From: Atribacterota bacterium
Lineage (GTDB): Bacteria; Atribacterota; Phoenicimicrobiia; Phoenicimicrobiales; Stramentimicrobiaceae
Assembly (NCBI GenBank): GCA_028717805.1
Contig: JAQUNC010000004.1
Coordinates: forward strand, 5,549-69,548
Length of the DNA: 64,000 bases
Direction: 5' to 3'
Shown: positions 29,192 through 37,905 of the stretch, piece after piece
Position numbering within the stretch: position 1 is the stretch's first letter
How the letters are laid out: each line of letters begins with the position of its first letter
Translations under genes and position numbers: made by a program
The notes under the pieces: generated by a model
Database searches by the model: none
Told to the model about the DNA's origin: nothing
Seen by the model: only the letters and a program-made list of their open reading frames with translations

Positions 29192-30160
29192 TTATGGAGT
29201 TAATTCTGTCGGTATTTGAACACCATTTTCGGTATAATATTTAATTGCACCAGGATGATAAGGAACGGTAGAATCCAGGACCTTATCCAAGCCCATATCT
29301 GCAGCGCCCGGATGTGCAGCTAACATAAGATCCTTATGCTCATATAATCCCTTGGTAATCTCATATATAACATCGTCCGGTAAACCTTCTCGACACATTA
29401 ATAATGCCCATGTTCCTACTACCTGAACATTCTCTGAGCCTTCATAATAATCGCCAGCAGGAAAGCTTACCTTGCTAAGGAAAGGTAATTTTTCACGAAT
29501 TTTAGTAACATCCTCATCACTGAATTCAATAACTCGAACCGGTTTTCTTACCGAATATTCCATCCAGGTAGGATTAGAACCACCCTGCCAGTGAGAATCA
29601 ATTGTTCCTGATCTCATCATCTCTGCAGCTTCTGTATGTCGGTAATATGATGGAATGATATTGATATTGATGGCTTCAAATAAAGTTGTAGCAGTCGACT
29701 CAGCAGATGAACCCTTAGGCTGAAGATTAACCCTTTTCCCTTCTAGATCCCAGATAGTTTTAATTGGATTATCTTCATTAACAATAAGGTTCCAATATAG
29801 AATATGAATAGGTGCGATAGTTAAAAGAGGGGTCCCTTGTCCTGCAAAAGCTCCTTCCTGTAAATATACTTCTCGAGCAGTGTCATGAGATACAATACCC
29901 AAATCACCAAATCCTGCATATAATCTTTTAGCATTATCAATATATCCTGGAGTTGCTTCCATTGTTACTCTAGCATCAGGCAATACTACACCAATGACTC
30001 TTGCTACACCCGAAGAATACTGGAAACCAATACCACCAATAACCGAAGACATCACTAATAAATCATATTGTTGGGCAGAACATACCGATACAAACAGAAT
30101 ACTGATCATCAAAACTGCAATTATTAAAATACTGGCTGTTATTTTTAACCTATTAGTCAT
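29192..30160 (-). CDS. TAXI-family TRAP transporter solute-binding protein (copy 1)
   Basis: 322 aa with a signal peptide, GGIGFQYSSGVARVI and the C-terminal VPYHPGAIKYYTENG typical of TAXI receptors. Confidence 0.85.
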   Translation of the reverse strand: MTNRLKITASILIIAVLMISILFVSVCSAQQYDLLVMSSVIGGIGFQYSSGVARVIGVVLPDARVTMEATPGYIDNAKRLYAGFGDLGIVSHDTAREVYLQEGAFAGQGTPLLTIAPIHILYWNLIVNEDNPIKTIWDLEGKRVNLQPKGSSAESTATTLFEAININIIPSYYRHTEAAEMMRSGTIDSHWQGGSNPTWMEYSVRKPVRVIEFSDEDVTKIREKLPFLSKVSFPAGDYYEGSENVQVVGTWALLMCREGLPDDVIYEITKGLYEHKDLMLAAHPGAADMGLDKVLDSTVPYHPGAIKYYTENGVQIPTELTP

Positions 30161-30292
30161 TTTTTCACCTCCTTTCTTATTATTTTTTAATGATTTTATT
30201 AGTTGGAATTTTTAGGAATATATTTAGATTCAAAAAGAATTTTTAGATATAGAAAATATTAAGACAAGTGGTTATTTGATTTAATTTTTATT

Positions 30293-30313
30293 TATAGTAT
30301 ACTGTATACTATA
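30293..30313. promoter_or_regulatory. Palindromic operator TATAGTATAC-T-GTATACTATA (candidate GntR/FCD site), copy B
   Basis: Perfect 10-1-10 inverted repeat centred 143 nt upstream of the TAXI copy-1 start codon. It lies between the GntR gene and the operon. Confidence 0.6.
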
Positions 30314-30522
30314 TTTATATATTAGAATTATTATATAATACAAATGGGAAAAGTAAAATATTTTTTAAAAATTTTCTATTTTATTAGGATTCTAGAAATT
30401 TTAGGTTGGTAGAATATTTATTTAATAAAGAAAAGATTTAATTTATTGATTGATTTCTGAAGTAAATTTTATAAAGTAATCTGTTGTATTTTAATAATTA
30501 TATCAATTTGGTTACTCTTCAT

Positions 30523-31245
30523 TCATGAAGAACTTTCTCTCAATTCAAACTCTTTAATAAGAGATTCTTTTCCATTAATAATATGCTCTCTCATTAAATT
30601 TTCTGCTAATATCGCATCTTTCTCAATAATTGCCTTGACTATCTTCTTATGTTCCTCAATTGATTTTTTTTGTCTATCTGCTTTAGATATAATTTCTGAA
30701 AACCGTTCTCTGGACTTTTTATATAAATTATCTATGATATTGATTAATTCTTTACTTCTACTACATTCCTCTATTATATTATGAAATTTTAGATTTAAAT
30801 TGGCAATGTTCCTTAAAGATCCTTCCTTTAAAAAAAGCTCGCTCTCAGTAATGATTTCTTCTAATTGCCTTATCTCCATTTTGGTTATATAATTATTATC
30901 TATTGCTTTTCTAACCGCTAATCCTCTTAATACACTACTTATATCATAAAACTCATTCAATGCTTCTTTGGTAGGAAGAGGAGCAACTCTTACCCCTTTG
31001 GGTGGAGAAGATACGACTAAACCTTTCTGCTCTAACTCGATAATTGCTTCCCTTATTGGTGTTCGGCTTACTTTCATTAGTTTAGCTAATTTTGATTCTA
31101 CCAATCGCTGGCCAGGCTTTAATTCCCCTCGGAAAATAGCTTTACTTAAAATTGAATATACTTTATCACTAGTAACGGTCTTAACACTTAAATCAATTTC
31201 CGAATTCTGTTTTAAAAAATTATCTAAAGAATCGTTTTTCAACAT
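30523..31245 (-). CDS. GntR-family transcriptional regulator, FadR/FCD subfamily
   Basis: 240 aa. The N-terminal wHTH is KPGQRLVESKLAKLMKVSRTPIREAIIELEQKGLV. The C-terminus is an all-helical FCD-like domain ending EEHKKIVKAIIEKDAILAENLMREHI. Confidence 0.85.
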   Translation of the reverse strand: MLKNDSLDNFLKQNSEIDLSVKTVTSDKVYSILSKAIFRGELKPGQRLVESKLAKLMKVSRTPIREAIIELEQKGLVVSSPPKGVRVAPLPTKEALNEFYDISSVLRGLAVRKAIDNNYITKMEIRQLEEIITESELFLKEGSLRNIANLNLKFHNIIEECSRSKELINIIDNLYKKSRERFSEIISKADRQKKSIEEHKKIVKAIIEKDAILAENLMREHIINGKESLIKEFELRESSS

Positions 31246-31623
31246 AACTAACCATTCATCTTTTGGTTTAATTAAGAAGTATTAATAACATTAAATTAAT
31301 TATTGGGAAGTATAATTCTAAACTAACATATTTACTAAATGAATTATGCTTTTTAACTAGTTCATACTAACTTCACAATTTAATTATATATAAAATACAA
31401 TTTTTAGGCAAATGAACTATTCAACATCAATTTATTCTCAGCCAGACCTGGTATTAATATTGTTCTATCTATTAATTGAATATAGAAACAATTATTTCTT
31501 CTATATTGCTCTAAGTTGTTAAATAAAATGAGTTGCTATTATAGTAATAAATATGTTATATTTTAATACCTAAAATAAAAAAATATTTTTTAATTACAAC
31601 CAGAAAGAAGTGGTAATGACCAT

Positions 31624-32367
31624 ATGAAAAATATATTGGAAGTAAAAGATTTGTCTCTCTCCCTAAATGGGAGAAATATCTTAAAAAATATTAATATGGA
31701 AGTCTGGGAAGGTTATGTGCATGCTATTGTGGGTCCCAATGGTGCTGGTAAATCAACATTAGCTTCCGCTATAATGGGATTGGAAGGCTATCGACACTAT
31801 AGTGGTAGTATACGCTTTAAAGGTAAGAATATCAGTAAGCTCAGTATTGATGAACGCGCCAGAATGGGTATCACCTTTGGCTGGCAGGAACCTGCCCGTT
31901 ACGAGGGATTGCTCATCAGAGATTTTTTAAAAGCAGCAGCTGGTAATAAGAATAATGATTTCATCCATGAACAATTGGAAAGAGTGGGGCTTGATCCTGA
32001 TGAGTATGCTAATCGTGCAGTGGATAAGACCTTGAGTGGGGGAGAAAGAAAAAAAGTAGAGTTAGCATCTATTTTAGCTATGGATCCTGATTTGGTATTG
32101 TTGGATGAACCTGATTCAGGAATAGATGTAGAAACCTTGGATAAAATGTTCGAGGTCATCAAAGAACAGAGAAAAAAGAAGAGGACTATTATACTGATTA
32201 CCCATAGTCTAGCAGTATTAAAACAGGCTGATCATGCTTTTATCTTTTGTAATGGAGAAATACTAAAGAAGGATGTAGCTAAAAAAGTAATTCCATATTT
32301 TAAAAATAAATGCTTACCCTGTAAACATAAAAATATTCCTGAGGAAGAAGGAGTACAACTTGGATAA
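31624..32367 (+). CDS. sufC: Fe-S cluster assembly ATPase SufC
   Basis: 247 aa with Walker A GPNGAGKST, the SufC-like IDERARMGI, signature LSGGERKK and Walker B LLDEPDSGID. Confidence 0.8.
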   Translation: MKNILEVKDLSLSLNGRNILKNINMEVWEGYVHAIVGPNGAGKSTLASAIMGLEGYRHYSGSIRFKGKNISKLSIDERARMGITFGWQEPARYEGLLIRDFLKAAAGNKNNDFIHEQLERVGLDPDEYANRAVDKTLSGGERKKVELASILAMDPDLVLLDEPDSGIDVETLDKMFEVIKEQRKKKRTIILITHSLAVLKQADHAFIFCNGEILKKDVAKKVIPYFKNKCLPCKHKNIPEEEGVQLG

Positions 32368-33292
32368 AAACGATTTAACCAGAGAACTATCTCGAATTAC
32401 AGAGACTGATGATATTTTTAAACAACCTGATATTGCTCATATTTTCATTCATCATCACAAGGTAATTCAGTCCCATCTTTTACCTGGTTTAAAGGTTGAT
32501 GTCAAAGAATTTAAAGATCATATAGAGGTAAATACAATAGTAGAAAAGAATGTAAAAATTGATAAACCAGTGCATATGTGTTTTGGAATGATACCAGAAG
32601 AAGGTATTCAGAAAATGATAATAAAAAATGAGATTCAAGAGAATGCTTCAGTCTCTTTCCTGGCTCATTGTGCCTTTCCTAATGCCATTGATATACAGCA
32701 TATTATGGATGGTACTATTAAAGTGGGGAAAAATGCCCGCTATCGTTATCTGGAAAGACATGTTCATGGTTTTCATGGTGGAGTTAAGGTTTACCCACAT
32801 GCCAAAATTCTACTGTCAGAAAATGCCCGTTTTTACTCAGAATTTGAATTAATTAAAGGTCGTGCCGGTTTGATTGATATTAATTACGAGGCTTCCTGTG
32901 AAGCTGATAGTGTTTTAGAAATGATTACCCGTATCAGTGGTAAAGGTGATGATCAGATTATGATAAAAGAAATTGGCCATCTAATCGGGGAAAGAGCGCG
33001 TGGTTTTTTAAGTTCCCGAGTGGCAGCTACTGGCAATACCAGGGCTGAAGTATATAATAAATTAACAGCTTCGGCAGCCTATGCTCGAGGACATGTAGAC
33101 TGTACTGAAATCATTAAAGACAATGGCATCGTTAGTGCCATACCCATTGTAGAGGTAAATCACCCCAAAGCTCATATTACACATGAAGCAGCCCTAGGGA
33201 GCGTTGATTCCAAGCAATTACAAACCCTGATGGCTCGAGGTTTAAGCGAAGAGGCAGCAACAGATTTGATTATCAAAGGATTGCTAAGTTAA
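32360..33292 (+). CDS. SufB/SufD-family Fe-S assembly scaffold protein (short form)
   Basis: 310 aa with a TTG start 6 nt after GGAG, overlapping the sufC end. The C-terminal pattern HITHEAALGSVDSKQLQTLMARGLSEEAATDLIIKG is typical of SufB/D. Confidence 0.75.
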   Translation: MDKNDLTRELSRITETDDIFKQPDIAHIFIHHHKVIQSHLLPGLKVDVKEFKDHIEVNTIVEKNVKIDKPVHMCFGMIPEEGIQKMIIKNEIQENASVSFLAHCAFPNAIDIQHIMDGTIKVGKNARYRYLERHVHGFHGGVKVYPHAKILLSENARFYSEFELIKGRAGLIDINYEASCEADSVLEMITRISGKGDDQIMIKEIGHLIGERARGFLSSRVAATGNTRAEVYNKLTASAAYARGHVDCTEIIKDNGIVSAIPIVEVNHPKAHITHEAALGSVDSKQLQTLMARGLSEEAATDLIIKGLLS

Positions 33293-33319
33293 TAACTATT
33301 GAAATAGGAGGATAAATCA

Positions 33320-33829
33320 TTGAACGCAAAGACTTTCTTTGGTGTTATTTTAGTAATTATCGGTGTTCTTTGGACTCTTTCTAATTTTCAGCTTATAAAT
33401 AGTCAGTGGTTCCTGCCAGCTATTGGATTGGTATTTGTGGCTCCCTATTTCTACAAAGGTAGCACTAAACACAAGGGAACTATCGGTTTTTTAATTGCTG
33501 GTTGTATTATAATAATGGTTGGCTTATTTACCCTTATTAATGATAGCTTTCATTTAGGTTTACTAGAAGGTTCTTTATTCTTCTTTTTTGTAGGAATGGC
33601 CTTTTTGCCCGTTTATTTCATCCATACCAGACATCTAACCAATCAGGACTCTGGGCATCAAAGGTGGCCTCTTTATACCAGCCTGGTTACCATAGGTTTT
33701 GGAATTTTCGTGCTACTTACTGAAACTGCCCATACTCCTTTAATGCGAAGGATTTATCCCCTTGTCTGGCCTTCATTGCTGATTATTTTAGGTCTTTATA
33801 TCATTCTATTTAAACGATTGAAAAAATAA
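33320..33829 (+). CDS. Integral membrane protein (LiaF/DUF5668-like N-terminal TM pair suspected)
   Basis: 169 aa with about 5 hydrophobic segments. TTG start lies after AGGAGGA. Function unknown. Confidence 0.5.
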   Translation: MNAKTFFGVILVIIGVLWTLSNFQLINSQWFLPAIGLVFVAPYFYKGSTKHKGTIGFLIAGCIIIMVGLFTLINDSFHLGLLEGSLFFFFVGMAFLPVYFIHTRHLTNQDSGHQRWPLYTSLVTIGFGIFVLLTETAHTPLMRRIYPLVWPSLLIILGLYIILFKRLKK

Positions 33830-34073
33830 TATGAACACAAAAGAGGTTATCTTTTAGTATCTGCCTCTATAATATTCGATTTTAACATTTTTAATTCCAC
33901 TGGCTTTCAGTAAATAATAGGCTAAATAATCCCTTAATCCTACTTCTGATTACTAAACCAGTGAAAGAATCTTACCTGGACTTGTCAGTTCATAAAATTT
34001 CTATTATTATGATTCTAATAATGTAGGACAAAGATTGATTGACAGTGTGATAGACCAAATTGGAGGTAAGTGT

Positions 34074-34367
34074 ATGAAAAAACTATATCGTTCTAGAAAA
34101 GACAGTAAAATTGCTGGTGTATGTGGAGGAATTGCCGAGTATTTTAATGTTGATTCTACAATAATCAGATTATTAGCAGTACTTACCATTTTCTTTGGTG
34201 GGGGAGGAATAATCGCTTATATAATTGCCTGGTTGATTATACCTTTAGAACCATTGGACGAGGGATCGGCTACTTCTAATCAAAAAACTGGAACCGATAA
34301 ACAAGATAAGCATCAAACTACTATTGATGCTGAAATTATTGAAGAATCTCAGGAGAAAAAGGGCTGA
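34074..34367 (+). CDS. PspC-domain membrane protein
   Basis: [33 protein letters not shown] is a PspC domain. ATG 34074 lies 6 nt after GGAGG. The track start 34035 (TTG) has no RBS. Confidence 0.75.
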   Translation: MKKLYRSRKDSKIAGVCGGIAEYFNVDSTIIRLLAVLTIFFGGGGIIAYIIAWLIIPLEPLDEGSATSNQKTGTDKQDKHQTTIDAEIIEESQEKKG

Positions 34368-34392
34368 TCTTTTAAAAATTTTATATTTGCCC

Positions 34393-34420
34393 TTGACATA
34401 AATAAAAACAGTGTTATAAT
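34393..34420 (+). promoter_or_regulatory. Near-consensus sigma-70 promoter with extended -10
   Basis: TTGACA (34393-34398), a 16-nt spacer, then TGtTATAAT (34412-34420). Confidence 0.6.
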
Positions 34421-34426
34421 ATTCTC

Positions 34427-34521
34427 TGGTTTAAGATAAAGAAACAAAAACCATTAAATATTCTTTTCATTTTTATACCTCCTTTCAAACTCGCTTTGCT
34501 CTGGAGCAAAGCGAGTTTTTT
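34427..34521 (+). ncRNA. Candidate ~95-nt transcript (sRNA or attenuator leader of pgsBC)
   Basis: Bracketed by the promoter above and an intrinsic terminator. It contains an exposed CCUCCU (34478-34483). No family recognised. Confidence 0.35.
34489..34521 (+). terminator. Rho-independent terminator
   Basis: 13-bp perfect stem ACTCGCTTTGCTC / tgg / GAGCAAAGCGAGT followed by TTTTT. Confidence 0.75.
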
Positions 34522-34639
34522 GATTTATGGTTCCCTTAACGTTGTAAGAATAAGTTCATCATAATTCTTATCACTTTACAACTTAATCTCTTTCCGATAG
34601 CATTATGATAAAATATTGTACCAACAAGGTAAATTTTTT

Positions 34640-35821
34640 ATGTTCATTTTACTTCTTCTGACAATGTCAATTCTAATATTAGGTATACTGGAAAGCTACT
34701 ACCATGAAAAAAGAATTAAAAATATCCCTATTAGAATTCATGTCAATGGCATTCGTGGAAAATCAACTACGGTAAGATTAATTGCATCTATTTTAAGGGA
34801 AGCTGGCTATCAGGTTCTAGCCAAAACAACAGGTACACTGCCAAGGATTATTCTTGAAAATGGGGAAGAAGAATTAATTAGAAGAAGAGGTTCCGCTAAT
34901 ATTATTGAACAAAAATATTTTATACAGAAAGCAACTGAAAGAAAAGATAATGCTATTGTGATGGAATGTATGGCTGTCCATCCGGAAACTCAGTGGGTCA
35001 GTGAGCATAAATTGATTCATTCTACCATTGGGATTATTACCAATGTGCGAGAGGATCACCAGGATGTCTATGGTCCTAATTTACAAGAAGTAGCTAATTC
35101 ATTAAAGTTGACTATTCCAAAAGATAGTGTATTGGTTACTGCTGAGAAAAAATTCTTTCCATGCTTTCAGAAACAGGCAGAAAAGTTAAATACCAGGTGT
35201 ATTCTGGTTGATCCTGAAATGATTACCTTATCTAACAAAAAGGAATACAAAAACATCTTCTTCAAGGATAATGTTGCTGTTGCTTTACAGGTAGGAAAAG
35301 TGCTTAATATTGCAGAAAGTACTTGCTGGCAAGGAATCTTAAAAGCTAAACCAGATCCAGGGGCTCTTGCTATTTATAAATTAAGAGTCGAACACAGCGT
35401 AGTATGGTTTGTCAATGCTTTTGCTGCCAATGACCGGGAATCAATTCTATTGATATGGGATAAAATAAACCGTTTATTACCTGAAGAAATCATTAATTAT
35501 CCCAAAATTGCTATCTTAAATAACCGTAGTGATCGGGTTACCAGAACTATTCAGTTTGCCAGGATTTTAAGTAAGGAAATTACAGTAAATTATATATTGT
35601 TGGTTGGTCAAAATAGCCCACTAAGCTATAATCAATTAAGAAAATACGGTTATCCCTCTGACCAAATAATTTTAGTACCTGATGAAACTAATATTAATCA
35701 TATTCTGGAACAAATTTCTAGATTTATTGCAAAAGAAGGATTAGTTTATGGGCTTGGAAATACTAGAGGATTTGGCTTACGAGTGATGGATTATTTACAA
35801 GAAAAGGGAGAAAAATTATGA
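34640..35821 (+). CDS. pgsB: Poly-gamma-glutamate synthase PgsB/CapB (Mur-ligase family)
   Basis: An N-terminal TM segment is followed by IRIHVNGIRGKSTTVRL, as in CapB. I prefer ATG 34640 over the track TTG 34616, but the start is uncertain. Confidence 0.85.
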   Translation: MFILLLLTMSILILGILESYYHEKRIKNIPIRIHVNGIRGKSTTVRLIASILREAGYQVLAKTTGTLPRIILENGEEELIRRRGSANIIEQKYFIQKATERKDNAIVMECMAVHPETQWVSEHKLIHSTIGIITNVREDHQDVYGPNLQEVANSLKLTIPKDSVLVTAEKKFFPCFQKQAEKLNTRCILVDPEMITLSNKKEYKNIFFKDNVAVALQVGKVLNIAESTCWQGILKAKPDPGALAIYKLRVEHSVVWFVNAFAANDRESILLIWDKINRLLPEEIINYPKIAILNNRSDRVTRTIQFARILSKEITVNYILLVGQNSPLSYNQLRKYGYPSDQIILVPDETNINHILEQISRFIAKEGLVYGLGNTRGFGLRVMDYLQEKGEKL

Positions 35822-36249
35822 TTTTTCAAGCCATAGGTATTGGTATTGTTATCGGATTTGTATTTTACGAGTTAGTTGGTTTATCTCCAGGAGGAATTAT
35901 AGTACCGGGTTATATAGCTCTTTTTATTGACCAGCCATGGCGAATTATAATCACCATAGGTATCGCAATATTAACTTATTATATTGTCCTTTTTTTATCC
36001 AACTACCTAATTTTATATGGGAAAAGACGCTTTTTCAGTATGATTCTCATAAGTTTTATTGTAAAATGGTTAGTAGAGGGTTTAATTTTTCAATTACCTA
36101 TTGCCAGTATTGAGATTCAAAGCATAGGGTATATCATTCCAGGTTTGTTAGCCAATGAAATACAACGACAGGGAATTTTGCCAACCCTATTAGCGACAGC
36201 CATTGTGGCAATCCTGGTTCGTTTTATACTTTATCTTTTTTTGTTTTGA
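35818..36249 (+). CDS. pgsC: Poly-gamma-glutamate synthesis membrane protein PgsC/CapC
   Basis: 143 aa with 4-5 TM segments and GLSPGGIIVPGYIAL. ATGA overlap with pgsB. Confidence 0.85.
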   Translation: MIFQAIGIGIVIGFVFYELVGLSPGGIIVPGYIALFIDQPWRIIITIGIAILTYYIVLFLSNYLILYGKRRFFSMILISFIVKWLVEGLIFQLPIASIEIQSIGYIIPGLLANEIQRQGILPTLLATAIVAILVRFILYLFLF

Positions 36250-36380
36250 TGATCACACCAAATATAAATATCAATAAAGGTTAAATCCACTTGATAATCA
36301 CTCTTAGCTCTATGGTTGAAACATTTAGAGAGGACATTTTAAATAATACCATGTACATTCATCGTATTAATAATCTTATT

Positions 36381-37280
36381 TTAAAATTCCTTTAACCATT
36401 CAATAATTTCAGGGAATACCGGATCATCCTCTTTCCCTAATTCAAAATCAATAGAGACATGATCTTTTTCTTTGAATTGAAAGAGGGTAGCCTGATATCC
36501 AGCATCTACTAATCTCTGATAAAAGGATTTATTAACTGTCTCTGATACCTCACGATCACCAGCTATCAGTAATAGAAAAGGTGGAACCATCTTGCCTTCT
36601 CTGATATAGTTAACTGGAGACGCTGTCTCCCAGTCTTCTGGATTATCTCCAAAAGCCCAGGAAAATAAGTATTGATTTTCCGGTTCAGCAGTAAATAAAG
36701 AAGGTAAATAATAAGCCGCGCTATCCAGGCTAATGATTCCAGAAATATCCGATGGAACTAAACCAAATGCGGCAAGATAACGTTCATCTAATGTTATTAA
36801 AGCAGCCAGATGACCACCTGCTGAGTGACCTAGAAGATAAATTTGCTCTGGATTACCACCAAAACCAGTAATGTTATTTTTCACCCAGGAAAAAGCCCTG
36901 GCCACATCCTGCGCATGAGCTGGAAAGGAATAATCCGGTGATAGTCGATAATTAATACTTATATAGATATAATTGTGTGAGGTAAAGGCTTTAGCCTTAT
37001 AGCTTAATCCTCCCTTATCACCCAGAACCCAGGTGCCACCATGAATATACATTATAACAGGACATAAGTAACAATCTTTTGGTTTATATATATCTAGAAG
37101 ATGATCATTTTTTTGAGCAACTTCCGGAATATTTTCTGGATAATAACCAAGATCAGAATAAATGTAGATCTGATTACTTACCGATTGGGCTAGAACAATT
37201 GGTTTAAAAAAAATAAGCATGGCTATGGCTATGATCATTATAAGTATTAAAAAAAGGCAGGACATTAGTCCTGCCTTCAT
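36381..37280 (-). CDS. Secreted alpha/beta hydrolase (esterase/lipase type)
   Basis: MYIHGGTWVLGDKG oxyanion region and GHSAGGHLAA nucleophile elbow. I prefer start M13 (ATG 37280, MKAGLMSCLF... signal peptide). The track start 37316 overlaps dfx. Confidence 0.75.
   Translation of the reverse strand: MKAGLMSCLFLILIMIIAIAMLIFFKPIVLAQSVSNQIYIYSDLGYYPENIPEVAQKNDHLLDIYKPKDCYLCPVIMYIHGGTWVLGDKGGLSYKAKAFTSHNYIYISINYRLSPDYSFPAHAQDVARAFSWVKNNITGFGGNPEQIYLLGHSAGGHLAALITLDERYLAAFGLVPSDISGIISLDSAAYYLPSLFTAEPENQYLFSWAFGDNPEDWETASPVNYIREGKMVPPFLLLIAGDREVSETVNKSFYQRLVDAGYQATLFQFKEKDHVSIDFELGKEDDPVFPEIIEWLKEF
37249..37275 (-). terminator. Rho-independent terminator after dfx
   Basis: The minus strand reads GGCAGGAC-TAAT-GTCCTGCC followed by TTTTTTT, 16 nt past the dfx stop. 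It lies inside the first codons of the esterase ORF. Confidence 0.75.
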
Positions 37281-37290
37281 CAAGTACTTT

Positions 37291-37677
37291 CTATTTATCA
37301 AATTTCCACAATCCATGTATATTACAATATTCTCTTACTTTTTTCCAACCCTTGACATCTTCAAATATTGCTTCAGGTGCATCCCCGGGCTTTAAAAATT
37401 TTTTGCAGGCTCCTTTATCAGTAATTACCTGTATCCATTCAATATAATGTTTTTCTTCCATGGGATGAGGCACTGAACCAACTTTAGCCTTAATTCCATG
37501 AGGAGTATCTTCAACCACTGGAACATGTTTTTCATAAGCCTGTTCTGCTGTCTGTTCTTCTAGCAATTTCATGGGCTCACCACAACATACCAACTCACCT
37601 TTACCACCATGCAAGACTTCTACTACATTTCCACAAATTTCACATTTATAAATTTCATATTTTTGAGCCATTATCAT
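37291..37677 (-). CDS. dfx: Desulfoferrodoxin (2Fe superoxide reductase)
   Basis: N-terminal desulforedoxin motif [12 protein letters not shown]...CCGEPM. The C-terminal SOR domain includes HVPV...[12 protein letters not shown]...CNIHGLW. Confidence 0.9.
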   Translation of the reverse strand: MIMAQKYEIYKCEICGNVVEVLHGGKGELVCCGEPMKLLEEQTAEQAYEKHVPVVEDTPHGIKAKVGSVPHPMEEKHYIEWIQVITDKGACKKFLKPGDAPEAIFEDVKGWKKVREYCNIHGLWKFDK

Positions 37678-37905
37678 ATCTCCTTCTTTTTACAATTTTT
37701 TATGACATAAACACCAGTCATAACATTCAAAATCTTTACTTTTTAGTCTTTCCTTAGCATTTTTATATTATTGGTAAATTCAATAATCACAATCACATGG
37801 TCAACTATTAAATATATTCTTATTTAATTTATATTTTCTAGTTTGATTTTTTCCTTTTGTGAAAATTAACCATACTTTTTTTATTTACTTTACTATGCTC
37901 AAATT

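Noticed and set aside
31473-31483. 11-mer TAATTGAATAT shared between the sufC upstream region and the fur promoter (49517-49527), considered as a second Fur site
   Set aside because: An AT-only 11-mer repeat is expected many times by chance in 64 kb of AT-rich DNA. The sufC copy has a poor overall match to the Fur box.
34414-34470. Type I toxin-antitoxin interpretation of the 18-codon minus-strand ORF
   Set aside because: The hydrophobic core (FNGFCFFIL) is too short for a membrane-spanning toxin, and I see no minus-strand promoter. I keep it only as an alternative reading within the sRNA/leader finding.
37281-37316. N-terminal extension of the esterase ORF overlapping the dfx 3' end by 26 nt
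   Set aside because: The extension ([12 protein letters not shown]) precedes a normal signal peptide that starts at M13. The overlap with dfx plus an intervening terminator makes the long form unlikely.
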